A DNA stretch of 64,000 bases from a plasmid, in the sequence record NZ_AP019754.1. One strand, written 5' to 3'. This document shows positions 31,703 to 40,323 of this stretch, one piece after another; the stretch's first letter is position 1, and every line of letters starts with the position of its first letter. The notes beneath the pieces were generated by a model, which saw nothing but the letters and a program-made list of their open reading frames with translations, ran no database searches and had not been told where the DNA came from. The position numbers and the translations under genes are program-made.

Positions 31703-32761
31703 TTACAACTTGCCCGCAGCGGCCAGCTTAAGATAGCTGTCGTCAAAGCGCAGTTTGCTGTTAGCACTATCGCCAACGGTGACGTTGCCCGGGAATGTCA
31801 TGCCGATAAAATCAGCGCTCTGTGCGCCCTGACCCAGCAGACCTTTGTCAAACGAGAAGTTCGCCACGCGTTGCATGGTCTTTGGCAGATCAGGCGAAGA
31901 AATAAAGGCCAATGTCTCAGCAGGCGTCCAGAACAGATGCGTTGTTTTAAGCTGAGCCTGATAGCCCGCGAGGTCGGTACCGGAATCTGCCGCCATTGCA
32001 CTCAGCGCTTGTTTATCACCCGCCTGCATTTTTGCCATCATTTCAAACCACGCACCGGTCAGCGCTTTGCCGAGGGCGGGGTTATCTTTCAGCGTTTGGG
32101 TGTTCACGACCATCATGTCGATGAGTTCGCCGGGCACTTGGGTGGAGCTAAACACTTCGGTGGTTTGTGGCGTCTTTTTGATGACGGACAACTGCGGGTT
32201 CCAGGCTACCGCTGCCCGCACATTGCTGGTGCCAAAGGCCGAGACGATATCCGCATCGGAGGTATTAACCACTTTCACATCTTTTTCCTGCAGCCCGGCT
32301 TTTTCCAGTCCGCGAACCAGGAGATAGTGCGATACCGAGAGTTCGGGCAGATAAACCGACATACCTTTCAGATCGCTGAGTTTTTTATTCATCCCTTTTA
32401 GCACGACGCCGTCGTTGCCATCGGAATAGCTGCCGGTGATGAGTGCTGTCGAATCTACCCCACCTGCCGCCGGGATAGTCAGCGCATCCATGTTGGTCAT
32501 GGTGCAGCCGTCAAACTGCCCTGCCGTGTACTGGTTGATGGATTCGATGTAGTCGTTGAGTTGAACAATATTGATTTTGATGCCGTATTTGCTGGCCCAT
32601 TTATCAATAATTTTTTCATTGCTGATGGTGCCCCAGGGCATCCAGCCCGCATAGATCGTCCAGCAGATGTTGAATTCTTTTTTAACCGTGGCGAAGGAAG
32701 AAAAGCTGATCAGCAAGGTGAGTGACAGCAAAAGCGTGCGGATGAACGGCGTTGTTTTCAT
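31703..32761 (-). CDS. ABC transporter substrate-binding protein (NitT/TauT-type; putative urea/guanidine-related SBP)
   Basis: Signal peptide (MKTTPFIRTLLLSLTLLISFSSFA). 352 aa. It is the first gene after the riboswitch leader. Confidence 0.85.
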   Translation of the reverse strand: MKTTPFIRTLLLSLTLLISFSSFATVKKEFNICWTIYAGWMPWGTISNEKIIDKWASKYGIKINIVQLNDYIESINQYTAGQFDGCTMTNMDALTIPAAGGVDSTALITGSYSDGNDGVVLKGMNKKLSDLKGMSVYLPELSVSHYLLVRGLEKAGLQEKDVKVVNTSDADIVSAFGTSNVRAAVAWNPQLSVIKKTPQTTEVFSSTQVPGELIDMMVVNTQTLKDNPALGKALTGAWFEMMAKMQAGDKQALSAMAADSGTDLAGYQAQLKTTHLFWTPAETLAFISSPDLPKTMQRVANFSFDKGLLGQGAQSADFIGMTFPGNVTVGDSANSKLRFDDSYLKLAAAGKL

Positions 32762-32780
32762 GGTTAACCTCTGGTTGGCA

Positions 32781-32822
32781 CAAAAAAGGAGCAGCGCGAC
32801 ACCTGACGGTGCTGCTGTCTCC
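32781..32822 (-). terminator. Riboswitch expression platform: an intrinsic terminator overlapping the 3' end of the aptamer
   Basis: On the minus strand the stem AGCAGCAC...GCGCUGCU (GC-rich) is followed by CC-UUUUUU. The 5' arm overlaps the aptamer 3' GGGAG-ACAGCAGC. Confidence 0.5.
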
Positions 32823-32912
32823 CGGGCTTTTGTCCCGCCGTGTAACCTCTCAGAGGTCGCCAGCTCTCGGACCAGACATTCACCTGCGTGAACCGGAACC
32901 CTAGCCAGCTAT
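32815..32912 (-). ncRNA. ykkC: Guanidine-I riboswitch (ykkC-yxkD leader) in the 5' UTR of the ABC / DUF1989 / carboxylase operon
   Basis: The minus-strand RNA reads ...GCUGGCUAGGGUUCCGG...GGUCCGAGAGCUGGC...CCUCUGAGAGG...ACGGCGGGACAAAAGCCCGGGAG. It contains the signature ykkC blocks UAGGGUUCCG, GGUCCGAGAG and ACGGCGGGACAAAAGCCCGGGAG. Confidence 0.75.
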
Positions 32913-33497
32913 TTAATTCAGATTATGTGTTGCGCTGCTTACCGATCAGGTTTTTGCAATTGACGTGCCAGAATTAATAACAATAAAAATCAGTGATTTA
33001 GCATTATCCCTGGTGACGAAGCACCAGAATGATGAGTGACCGAGGGGCATTGCACACAATCAGTGCTGACTGGAACACGAAATATGCTGTGCAGTCCTTA
33101 CATCATAAGCATCAGCGCGGTTTTCTGGGCGACGTTGCAGCGGTAGTGTCCATCCTGACGAGGCGTAACGGTATAACGCCTGACGCAATACCGCTGATGG
33201 CGCGAGGTGCTTTAATCCTGTAGATGTCGCGCGGCCAAAGGGGAGCCACTATTACGCGATAGCCATCCTCGTAGCTTAAGGGAACGCACACGCTTTCAAC
33301 GGTGACCATCCGCACTTCTCTTGTGTTGACCCTCCATTAGATGCCCGCACGCGGGTATGGCAGTGGCGTGCTACACAGAGACTGGCTTTGCGTTCTGCCG
33401 GTTCTTTAACCCACCATAAACGTCGCGCGTTTTTTGCAGCAGGGTCATCCGGCCTGCACTACAGTTAACTGACTCAGTAACCAGCAAAAACATAACC

Positions 33498-34157
33498 ATG
33501 TCCTCTTCCCTTCGCTCAAATCTGTTTGCCCGGTTGCGCCTGCTGATCTCTGTGGTGGCAGGTCTCGTCTGCTATGTTTTACTGCCTGAGCATCTGGGGC
33601 AAATGCAGAGACTTTTAATCAGTTGGAACGTGCTGGCATGGCTCTATCTGTGGTTTATCTGGTTTCGCATGTTGCGTACCGCGCCAGATGAGATTAAACG
33701 AATCGCCCAGATGCAGGATCAAAGTGCCGCGCTGGTGCTGGGGCTGGTCATCGTGGCCTGTATGATCAGTATGGTGGCCATCATGAGCGAGCTTCCCACG
33801 TTAAAAAGCCTGACGGGCTCGTCGCGGGCCCTGCATCTGCTTTTGACTGCCATGACGCTCATCGCCTCATGGGCCTTACTGCCCAGCGCATTTGCCATGC
33901 ATTATGCCCATCAGCATTACCTGCTTCGCAGCAACAGTATCACGCCGATGATCTTTCCGGAGAAACCGACGCATCCGGGTTACTGGGATTTTCTCTACTT
34001 CTCTTTCACCATCGCGGTGGCATCCCAGACGGCGGATGTGGCGACGGGCACGACAGAAATGCGCAAGATCGCCTTGTTGCAGTCGGTTATCTCTTTTATT
34101 TTTAATCTGGCGATTCTGGGACTGTCCGTGAATGTGGCAGCCAGTTTGTTAAGTTGA
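33498..34157 (+). CDS. DUF1345 family membrane protein
   Basis: 219 aa with about 5 TM helices. The pattern (N-terminal LLISVVAGLVCYVLLPE... and ...HYLLRSN...GYWDFLYFSFTIAVASQTADV) is typical of DUF1345. Confidence 0.65.
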   Translation: MSSSLRSNLFARLRLLISVVAGLVCYVLLPEHLGQMQRLLISWNVLAWLYLWFIWFRMLRTAPDEIKRIAQMQDQSAALVLGLVIVACMISMVAIMSELPTLKSLTGSSRALHLLLTAMTLIASWALLPSAFAMHYAHQHYLLRSNSITPMIFPEKPTHPGYWDFLYFSFTIAVASQTADVATGTTEMRKIALLQSVISFIFNLAILGLSVNVAASLLS

Positions 34158-34279
34158 GAGTCTGCCTGCGACGATAGCCAGCAGAGAAGCATATTGACTG
34201 TTACTGGAATTTACCGCTTAAAGCCTGTGCGACGGGAAGCTGCACCCTCTTTGAGAGGGTGCAGAGACAGCGAGAAAAA

Positions 34280-34513
34280 TTAACCGCCCTGCTGCTGTTG
34301 CCCTTGCTGTTGACTGGCCGCTTCTTTCTGTTTCTTTTTGGCCATATGATGTCCAACAGCGCAGCCTGCTGCGGCCCCAGCGACACCGTGATGTTTAACA
34401 TGCCCTGCCACGCCGCCCACGGCCGCGCCCTTTAGACAGCCTTTGGCTTCAGCTTGTGAACTCATCGCCATGAGCAGACCCGCGGTAACAAGAACAACTG
34501 ACAATTTTTTCAT
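34280..34513 (-). CDS. Small secreted Gly/Ala/His-rich protein (77 aa precursor) of unknown function
   Basis: The ATG at 34513 has a GGAG 8 nt upstream. Signal peptide MKKLSVVLVTAGLLMAMSSQAEA. The mature part reads KGCLKGAAVGGVAGHVKHHGVAGAAAGCAVGHHMAKKKQKEAASQQQGQQQQGG, with two Cys, GxxxG repeats and a poly-Q/G tail. Confidence 0.55.
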   Translation of the reverse strand: MKKLSVVLVTAGLLMAMSSQAEAKGCLKGAAVGGVAGHVKHHGVAGAAAGCAVGHHMAKKKQKEAASQQQGQQQQGG

Positions 34514-34734
34514 CGAATGACTCCCTGATAAATAGCGAATACGCATTAATGTCTACTGAGCATAGTTAATCAGGTCGCTTCTGCTGGCCGAAGTCAGTAA
34601 ATCTTGAAACCGTTTACCCGCCGTTAAGCGTTTAACGTTCCGGGAGTGATAGCGATATCATAACAGGCGCTTTTTAGCACAATATTCAGTCCTTAACGCT
34701 TATCGATAACGACGGGAAGGAGATGTAAGAGAAT

Positions 34735-34783
34735 ATAAAAAACCGCACCTTACTCAGTAAGACGTCCAGCTTTTGAGGTGCAG
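34735..34783 (-). terminator. Probable intrinsic terminator on the minus strand after the 34851-35114 gene
   Basis: On the minus strand the stem CUGCACCU...AGGUGCGG is followed by UUUUUUAUAUUCUC. Confidence 0.5.
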
Positions 34784-34850
34784 TTCATTGAGGGGGTTGA
34801 GCATAATTAAAAGGCTAAACAATCAGTTCAGGATGTAAAACCGAGCAGGT

Positions 34851-35114
34851 TCAGGACATATCATCCTGAGTTTCATCGTGTGGGCAAGGTTCGCCGGTGT
34901 CATCACAGGCAGGATTAATGCGCAAACCGCCTGAAGGCTTTCGATGAGCAGCAAGTTTGATGTTCCCCGCACTGCCCGCATTGTTATTTTGCAGCGTAGA
35001 AGCTGACTGTTGTTCATGTACAGATACAGCCAGTGCTGCATTCTGAAAGGTAATCAAGGTCGCGATGGTGAACGCCGTTGTTTGCAGTGCCACTTTTACG
35101 GATAACATTTTCAT
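34851..35114 (-). CDS. Small secreted protein (87 aa precursor) of unknown function
   Basis: The ATG at 35114 has an AAGGG 6 nt upstream. Signal peptide MKMLSVKVALQTTAFTIATLITFQNAALA. It has a low-complexity Q/N/S-rich middle and an acidic Cys-containing C-terminus (CDDTGEPCPHDETQDDMS). It lies in an AT-rich region. Confidence 0.5.
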   Translation of the reverse strand: MKMLSVKVALQTTAFTIATLITFQNAALAVSVHEQQSASTLQNNNAGSAGNIKLAAHRKPSGGLRINPACDDTGEPCPHDETQDDMS

Positions 35115-35647
35115 AACTTGCCCTTTAGAGATTACGCCAGGAAGGACAGAACGGTTAGCCGTTCTGCTCTGTGCTGTATTCAAACTCAGCAGGGTGAAAA
35201 TAGAATCTTTATATTTCCATTTTAAGACGGACCTGATAAATCAGATTAACCCTTGCCAGCCTGATGCAGAGAGCTCCAGGCGTAGGGGAATAATAAAGAT
35301 TAAAATCATTATCTTATTTACCTCATTCTGCTCGTTGATATTGCAACATCCCCCCTTACTTACACATTTTTCAGATCCTGACTGAGCAGAGCATTAACCA
35401 ATGACGAGCGGATGAGTGGTAACTGGCTGCACTTTCTCTCAAACTGTCTAAACCTGGCATCGATAGCACCATACTCAAAAACCTGTGTAGGCTGCGGCCA
35501 GAAATTTCATGCTTTTAGGGCAATGTATTCTGCGCATAACTTTCATGCCGAAGCGTTTAAGACGCGCTTTGTTTTTCTGTTTTTGTATACGCTGACGTAT
35601 CAATTCAGACCACGCTGCATCGTTAACGACTGCTCAGGAAGCATGAA

Positions 35648-36004
35648 ATGAAAGTACAAAAACTTGATCAACCCGCTTCAATCAAGACGCTGGAATCATG
35701 GGGGACCGTTGAGGGCCTTCCGGGATCGCCCGAGATTGCACTGGCCGGGCTGCAGACGGTGATCCCCGGTCATGAGAATACAGATATGGGCATTTTTGAA
35801 TGTACGGCGGGCAGTTATCGTCGCGGCGTTAAGCAAGCAGAGATGATGCATTTCCTGTCAGGAACGGGTTCCTTCACAGCGGATGGCGAAGCACCACAGC
35901 ATTTCAAACCTGGCGATACCTTGTTCTTTGAAGCGAATACAGAAGGGACATGGGTCATGGAGACCACCATGCGCAAGCTTTATGTGATTTTCGACACCCT
36001 GTAA
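35648..36004 (+). CDS. Cupin domain protein (DUF861 / cupin_3-like)
   Basis: 118 aa with a single cupin barrel pattern (GIFECTAGSYRRG...HFLSGTGSF...PGDTLFFEANTEGTWVMETT). Confidence 0.65.
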   Translation: MKVQKLDQPASIKTLESWGTVEGLPGSPEIALAGLQTVIPGHENTDMGIFECTAGSYRRGVKQAEMMHFLSGTGSFTADGEAPQHFKPGDTLFFEANTEGTWVMETTMRKLYVIFDTL

Positions 36005-36039
36005 AAGTTCGATCACTGATTCATCCCACTGAGGATGAA

Positions 36040-36735
36040 TCAGGACAGCATAAAATCGACGGCATCGTTCGCATGAATGCGCGTTGTATCGAATACCGGT
36101 AGCGCGCTTTGTGCTTCTGAAACCAGCAAACCAATTTCCGTGCAGCCAAATATGACTCCTTCTGCACCTTGTGAAGCCAGTTCCTGTATCACCTCAAGAT
36201 AAAACTGGCGGGAGCCTTCCGTAAATTTCCCCATGCAGAGTTCATCAAAAATGATTTGGTTGATGACGTTACGCTGTTCTGCAGGTGGTACCAGGGTAGC
36301 AATTGAGAATTGTTTATTCAGGCGGCCCAGATAGAAGTCCTGCTCCATGGTATAACGCGTGCCCAGCAAGGCTACTCGGGTCATGCCTTTGCTCGTTATC
36401 GCCCTGCCCGTCGCATCCGCGATATGTAAAAAAGGCAAATGACAGCGAGATTCAATCGCCCCGGCAACCTTGTGCATCGTGTTGGTACATAAGACGATTG
36501 CGTCTGCACCGGCACCCGCCAGACCCACGGCCGCCTCAGCCAGTAGTTCACCAGCCCGATCCCAGTCGCCACTGCGCTGGCAGGCTTCAATTTCATGAAA
36601 ATCCACGCTGTGCAGAAGCAGCTTTGCCGAGTGTAAACCGCCTAATTTGCTTCTGATTCCCTCATTGATCAACCGATAGTAAGGAAGCGTTGATTCCCAG
36701 CTCATGCCGCCTATAAGGCCGATTGTTTTCATCAC
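36040..36735 (-). CDS. Aspartate/glutamate/hydantoin racemase family protein (YgeA-like amino-acid racemase)
   Basis: The N-terminus [25 protein letters not shown] is diagnostic of the Asp/Glu racemase family. There are two Cys-containing active-site regions ([18 protein letters not shown]). Confidence 0.85.
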   Translation of the reverse strand: MMKTIGLIGGMSWESTLPYYRLINEGIRSKLGGLHSAKLLLHSVDFHEIEACQRSGDWDRAGELLAEAAVGLAGAGADAIVLCTNTMHKVAGAIESRCHLPFLHIADATGRAITSKGMTRVALLGTRYTMEQDFYLGRLNKQFSIATLVPPAEQRNVINQIIFDELCMGKFTEGSRQFYLEVIQELASQGAEGVIFGCTEIGLLVSEAQSALPVFDTTRIHANDAVDFMLS

Positions 36736-36908
36736 TCTCCTTTGAAATACATCACTGCCAAAGCCTGTCGAGGATAATAAAACTGCGCGTTGCCTGAAAG
36801 AATTATGACGGGTTAGCCGCGTGTTTTCAGGCGTTGCGCTAACCCGTTACCGCCGAGTTCTGGCCGCCGCCGGGCAGCGGAAATCCAATGCCCGGCAGGG
36901 ATCTACCA
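36736..36908. repeat. Structured GC-rich intergenic region with nested inverted repeats (REP-like), probably a terminator and stability element
   Basis: Inverted repeats ACGGGTTAGC...GCTAACCCGT and GCCGGGC...GCCCGGC were read directly, between the DsbD-like gene stop and the racemase start. Confidence 0.3.
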
Positions 36909-38144
36909 TCACGTTTTATTGCCTTTTTCACTCGCCTGCTGTAATGCCGTGATGACGATGCCCGGCGTTAACACCTGAGGCAGGACAACGGGTTTTCCGC
37001 CGTCAGCAGGATAAACCACATACAGCGGCAAACCGCCACGGCCAAAATCACTGAGTGCCTGCTCAACGTCAGGATTGTACTTTGTTGAGTCAGCAATCAT
37101 ATAAATGGTGTTGGTGCGCGCCATAGCCGTCTTTACTGCCTGGGTTGACAGCGAGGTACGTTCATTAACCTGACAGGTAATGCACCAGGAGGCGGTAAAA
37201 TTCACCAGAACCGGTTTACCCTGGCCTTTTATAGCGTCCACATTTTGGGGAGACCATGCCACCGCAGCCGCTGCCACAACATCCGAAGAATCAGGGGCTG
37301 CCGTCGAGGTTTTCAGCGTAAATAACGGTGGTACCAACAGGATAATTACAACAGCTGTGGCGATGTGCAGAGCCCAGTGCCGCCTTCCCATCATCTGCCG
37401 CTTCTGAGCCAAGCCATACAGCCAGGCGGCAAAACCCAGCAGCAGGCAACAGGTCAGTATCGCTGCCAGCGCCGTCGAGCCAGCCTGCCGTTCCAGCACC
37501 CAGATTAACCAACCCGCCGCACCCAGCATCGGAAACGCCAGGCCATGTTTTAGGGTGATCATCCAGGCACCCGGCGACGGCAGTATTCGGGCAACGACAG
37601 GGAAAAAGGAAATCAAGGTGAAAGGCGCAGCAAAGCCCAACGCCAGAGAAAGAAAGATAATAAAGCTGATAACGGGGGGCTGTACAAGCGCATAACCTAT
37701 GGCGCTGGCCATAAAGGGCGCGCTACACGGGGTAGCAACAACAATCGCCAGCGCCCCCGTTAACGCGGACCCGGTCAATCCCCCCCGCTCGCCCCCGACT
37801 TCGCCGGCCCGCTGAAGTGATAATCCCACCTCGAACAGGCCAAACAGATTAAGTGCGGATGCCAGCATCACCAGAACCAGCAACGCAATCACCAGCGGTG
37901 ACTGCAGTTGAAAACCCCAGCCCACTGATGACCCACCGAATCTCGCCAGCAACAGCAGACCAACCAGTAACATCATGGTGACCACTACGCCAGCCAGAAA
38001 AGCGAGCCCTTCTGCACGAGCCTGTGCGGGCCTGGCGTGATGCCGTATCAGACTCAATGCCTTGAGCGAAATGACCGGGAACACACAGGGCATGAGATTA
38101 AGTATGATGCCGCCCAGAAAAGCGGCGGCGATAGCAGTCAACAT
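36909..38144 (-). CDS. DsbD-family thiol:disulfide interchange protein lacking the N-terminal alpha domain (CcdA-like TM core plus C-terminal thioredoxin domain)
   Basis: It starts directly with the TM core (LMPCVFPVISLKAL, with the conserved Cys in TM1 and a second Cys in ATPCSAPF). The C-terminal periplasmic thioredoxin has WCITC. 411 aa. Confidence 0.8.
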   Translation of the reverse strand: MLTAIAAAFLGGIILNLMPCVFPVISLKALSLIRHHARPAQARAEGLAFLAGVVVTMMLLVGLLLLARFGGSSVGWGFQLQSPLVIALLVLVMLASALNLFGLFEVGLSLQRAGEVGGERGGLTGSALTGALAIVVATPCSAPFMASAIGYALVQPPVISFIIFLSLALGFAAPFTLISFFPVVARILPSPGAWMITLKHGLAFPMLGAAGWLIWVLERQAGSTALAAILTCCLLLGFAAWLYGLAQKRQMMGRRHWALHIATAVVIILLVPPLFTLKTSTAAPDSSDVVAAAAVAWSPQNVDAIKGQGKPVLVNFTASWCITCQVNERTSLSTQAVKTAMARTNTIYMIADSTKYNPDVEQALSDFGRGGLPLYVVYPADGGKPVVLPQVLTPGIVITALQQASEKGNKT

Positions 38145-38167
38145 GATTTATCTGTCCAGATCGGGAA

Positions 38168-38731
38168 TTAAGCCGGGTTGGCCTGGCGGTATTTTTTCAC
38201 GGCATCCAGCGTTTTCTGAATGTGTGATTCTGGATTTTTATCCGTATAACTCAGCAGGATTTTGCCATCCGGTGCAATAACATAAGACGTACGATCGGAA
38301 AGCGTTTTACCTTTCATCTCCATCGTACTTTTGTATTCTGCAGCCACTTTTGCGCCCGGATCGGCAGCAACGGTGAATTTATCGCGGCATTCAAGTTTAG
38401 AAAATTTCTTAATCTGGTCAGTATTACCTGCGGTGACGCCGATTACCGTTGCGCCCTCTTTTTTAAAGTCATCTGTCGCTTCTGCAAAGGCATGCGCCTC
38501 TAAGGTACAGCCTGCACTAAACGCCGCCGGGAAAAAATATAGAACGACCGGGCCTTTTTGCAGTGCCTGCTGTAAAGAGAAGGTGGTTTCTTTACCTGCC
38601 AGTGCGGCTTCCAGTTTGAAATCCGGCGCCTTTGCACCCACCGGCAGTGCCGCGAACGCGGAGGTCATTGGAAGGCTCAGTGCCAGTAATGATGCAGCCG
38701 TCAGCATTTTCAGGTGATTCTTGATACGCAT
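38168..38731 (-). CDS. Periplasmic peroxiredoxin (AhpC/TSA / Prx-like thioredoxin fold) with signal peptide
   Basis: The ATG at 38731 has a GGAG upstream. Signal peptide MRIKNHLKMLTAASLLALSLPMTSAFA. Motif FPAAFSAGCTLE (peroxidatic Cys in a T/S-x-x-C context). 187 aa. Confidence 0.8.
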   Translation of the reverse strand: MRIKNHLKMLTAASLLALSLPMTSAFAALPVGAKAPDFKLEAALAGKETTFSLQQALQKGPVVLYFFPAAFSAGCTLEAHAFAEATDDFKKEGATVIGVTAGNTDQIKKFSKLECRDKFTVAADPGAKVAAEYKSTMEMKGKTLSDRTSYVIAPDGKILLSYTDKNPESHIQKTLDAVKKYRQANPA

Positions 38732-38944
38732 TCTCTTTTCTCCGTCGACAAGCAGGCATAAGTGCCCCTTGCACGTTAATACTAGGTTCATTCACTAAAA
38801 ATGAAAAAGTTTGCGTCATGGAATAACGCGATAGCGTCACCAGAGCGTTAATGCAAACGTGTCTGGCATCTACAGTAAGATAGTCTTACAACCGATCATT
38901 TAGATATGCGGTTAGGCGATAATTTTGTGTCAGACGGTAAATAT

Positions 38945-39481
38945 TCAGGGAACAGAGAGATGCCCTACCTGATAACGCTGAAAATGGCCCGAATCTTGCG
39001 CGGGCGCCGTTGTCCAGAGACAAAAATCTATGTGGCGCCAGTGAAAGGTATCCAGAGCCGATACGCGTGCTAACGCCCCGGCTTGTTTTGGGGGCTGTGT
39101 TAACCCGGCGAGATCGGCGTAAGCAGGAACAGTGCTAACGTCCAGGGAAGCAAAACCGGCTTGAACCATCTCTGGCGACAGCCTGGCCGATAAGACCGGG
39201 TAGGTATGCACCTGCGGCCAGCCAAAATCCTCAGTAAGCTTTTTAAAACCTGCCCCAGACAAAAAACAGTGCATGCTCTCTGCGTCCTGCCAAAGATAAA
39301 AGGGCGCATACACATTTTCATCCGTGTTTGTGGGACCTTTGGCTTTGCACGCATAAAGCCAGGCTTTGAATATGAGACCAGGAAATCCCGCCATCTTATA
39401 TCCGTTGTCATCAATCCGGCGTTGAATAATCGTCATGTCGTAATCGGCGGGAAGAACAAAACGGTATTGCATAGCAAGCAT
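38945..39481 (-). CDS. Hypothetical protein (possibly DUF4865-like)
   Basis: The ATG at 39481 (MLAMQYRFVLPADYDM...) has a GGAG 6 nt upstream. 178 aa with no signal peptide. The family assignment is from memory and uncertain. Confidence 0.5.
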   Translation of the reverse strand: MLAMQYRFVLPADYDMTIIQRRIDDNGYKMAGFPGLIFKAWLYACKAKGPTNTDENVYAPFYLWQDAESMHCFLSGAGFKKLTEDFGWPQVHTYPVLSARLSPEMVQAGFASLDVSTVPAYADLAGLTQPPKQAGALARVSALDTFHWRHIDFCLWTTAPAQDSGHFQRYQVGHLSVP

Positions 39482-39491
39482 GGTTTTCTCC

Positions 39492-39899
39492 TTAAAGTTG
39501 GGGAATATCCGCCAGGTCAAACATCTTCCCATGACTAAAAGACCAGTCTTCTGGCTGAGTGAAATGAAGAACGATCATGACATCATGAGGTTTTATACCC
39601 ATCGATTTTTCAAGACGCCGGGTGAGATCCTGATAAAAGGCCTGTTTCTGCTGCGTATTACGCGTTTTACCTGCGGTAATGGTAAACAGAAGAAAGTCAT
39701 TGCTGCGGCCCGCCTCAGCACCACAAAGATAATGCCAATCAAAAATCCGGCTGTGCGCGTCATAACAATCAAAAAACTGAAAGCAGTCTCCGCGCGGTAC
39801 GGAAAATGAAGCTTCAAGCGATTGCTGTAACGCAGCAGAAATTTTCTCTCGCCACTGCTGAAAACGCGCTGTTGAGATGGCTATATGGCTTACAGGCAT
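39492..39899 (-). CDS. Tautomerase-family-like protein (Pro-1 N-terminus)
   Basis: It starts MPVSHIAIS..., with Pro immediately after the initiator Met as in the 4-OT / cis-CaaD superfamily. 135 aa. Assignment is tentative. Confidence 0.45.
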   Translation of the reverse strand: MPVSHIAISTARFQQWREKISAALQQSLEASFSVPRGDCFQFFDCYDAHSRIFDWHYLCGAEAGRSNDFLLFTITAGKTRNTQQKQAFYQDLTRRLEKSMGIKPHDVMIVLHFTQPEDWSFSHGKMFDLADIPQL

Positions 39900-39908
39900 C
39901 GGTATCCC

Positions 39909-40223
39909 TCACTCAGGCTGTGTGTTTTTGAAGACGGTCAACGCGGAAACGGCGTTGGGCCAGCCGCAATAAAAGGCAAGATGCGTTATCACTTCGATAA
40001 TTTCATCGTCTGAAATGCCATTTTGGCGAGCAAATTCCAGATGCCAGCCCAGCTGTTCATTTCGATACAGTGCAACGAGGGCGCTGACCGTAATTAGACT
40101 TCTGTCCCGCGGTGAAAGCCCGTCCCGCTGCCAGATATCGCCAAATAAGACCTCTTCACTGAGACGTGCCAGCTTGGGTGCTATTCCGGCCATATTCTCC
40201 CGACTCACCTTTATCGTGTTCAT
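39909..40223 (-). CDS. Carboxymuconolactone decarboxylase (CMD/AhpD-like) family protein
   Basis: 104 aa with the CMD fold pattern (...LSPRDRSLITVSALVAL...HLEFARQNGISDDEIIEVITHLAFYCGWPNA). Confidence 0.8.
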   Translation of the reverse strand: MNTIKVSRENMAGIAPKLARLSEEVLFGDIWQRDGLSPRDRSLITVSALVALYRNEQLGWHLEFARQNGISDDEIIEVITHLAFYCGWPNAVSALTVFKNTQPE

Positions 40224-40323
40224 TTTTGTTTCTCCTTGAGGATGTGGTAGAAAGATAGGATGCTTTGACGATCTATAAAATCAGAAATATTGGGACCCTG
40301 AATCCCATAAAACGGGATGAAAA

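Noticed and set aside
33029-33223. A 64-aa ORF in the 730-bp region upstream of the riboswitch operon.
   Set aside because: It has no RBS. The region is better explained as the promoter and regulatory region for the divergent riboswitch operon and the DUF1345 gene.
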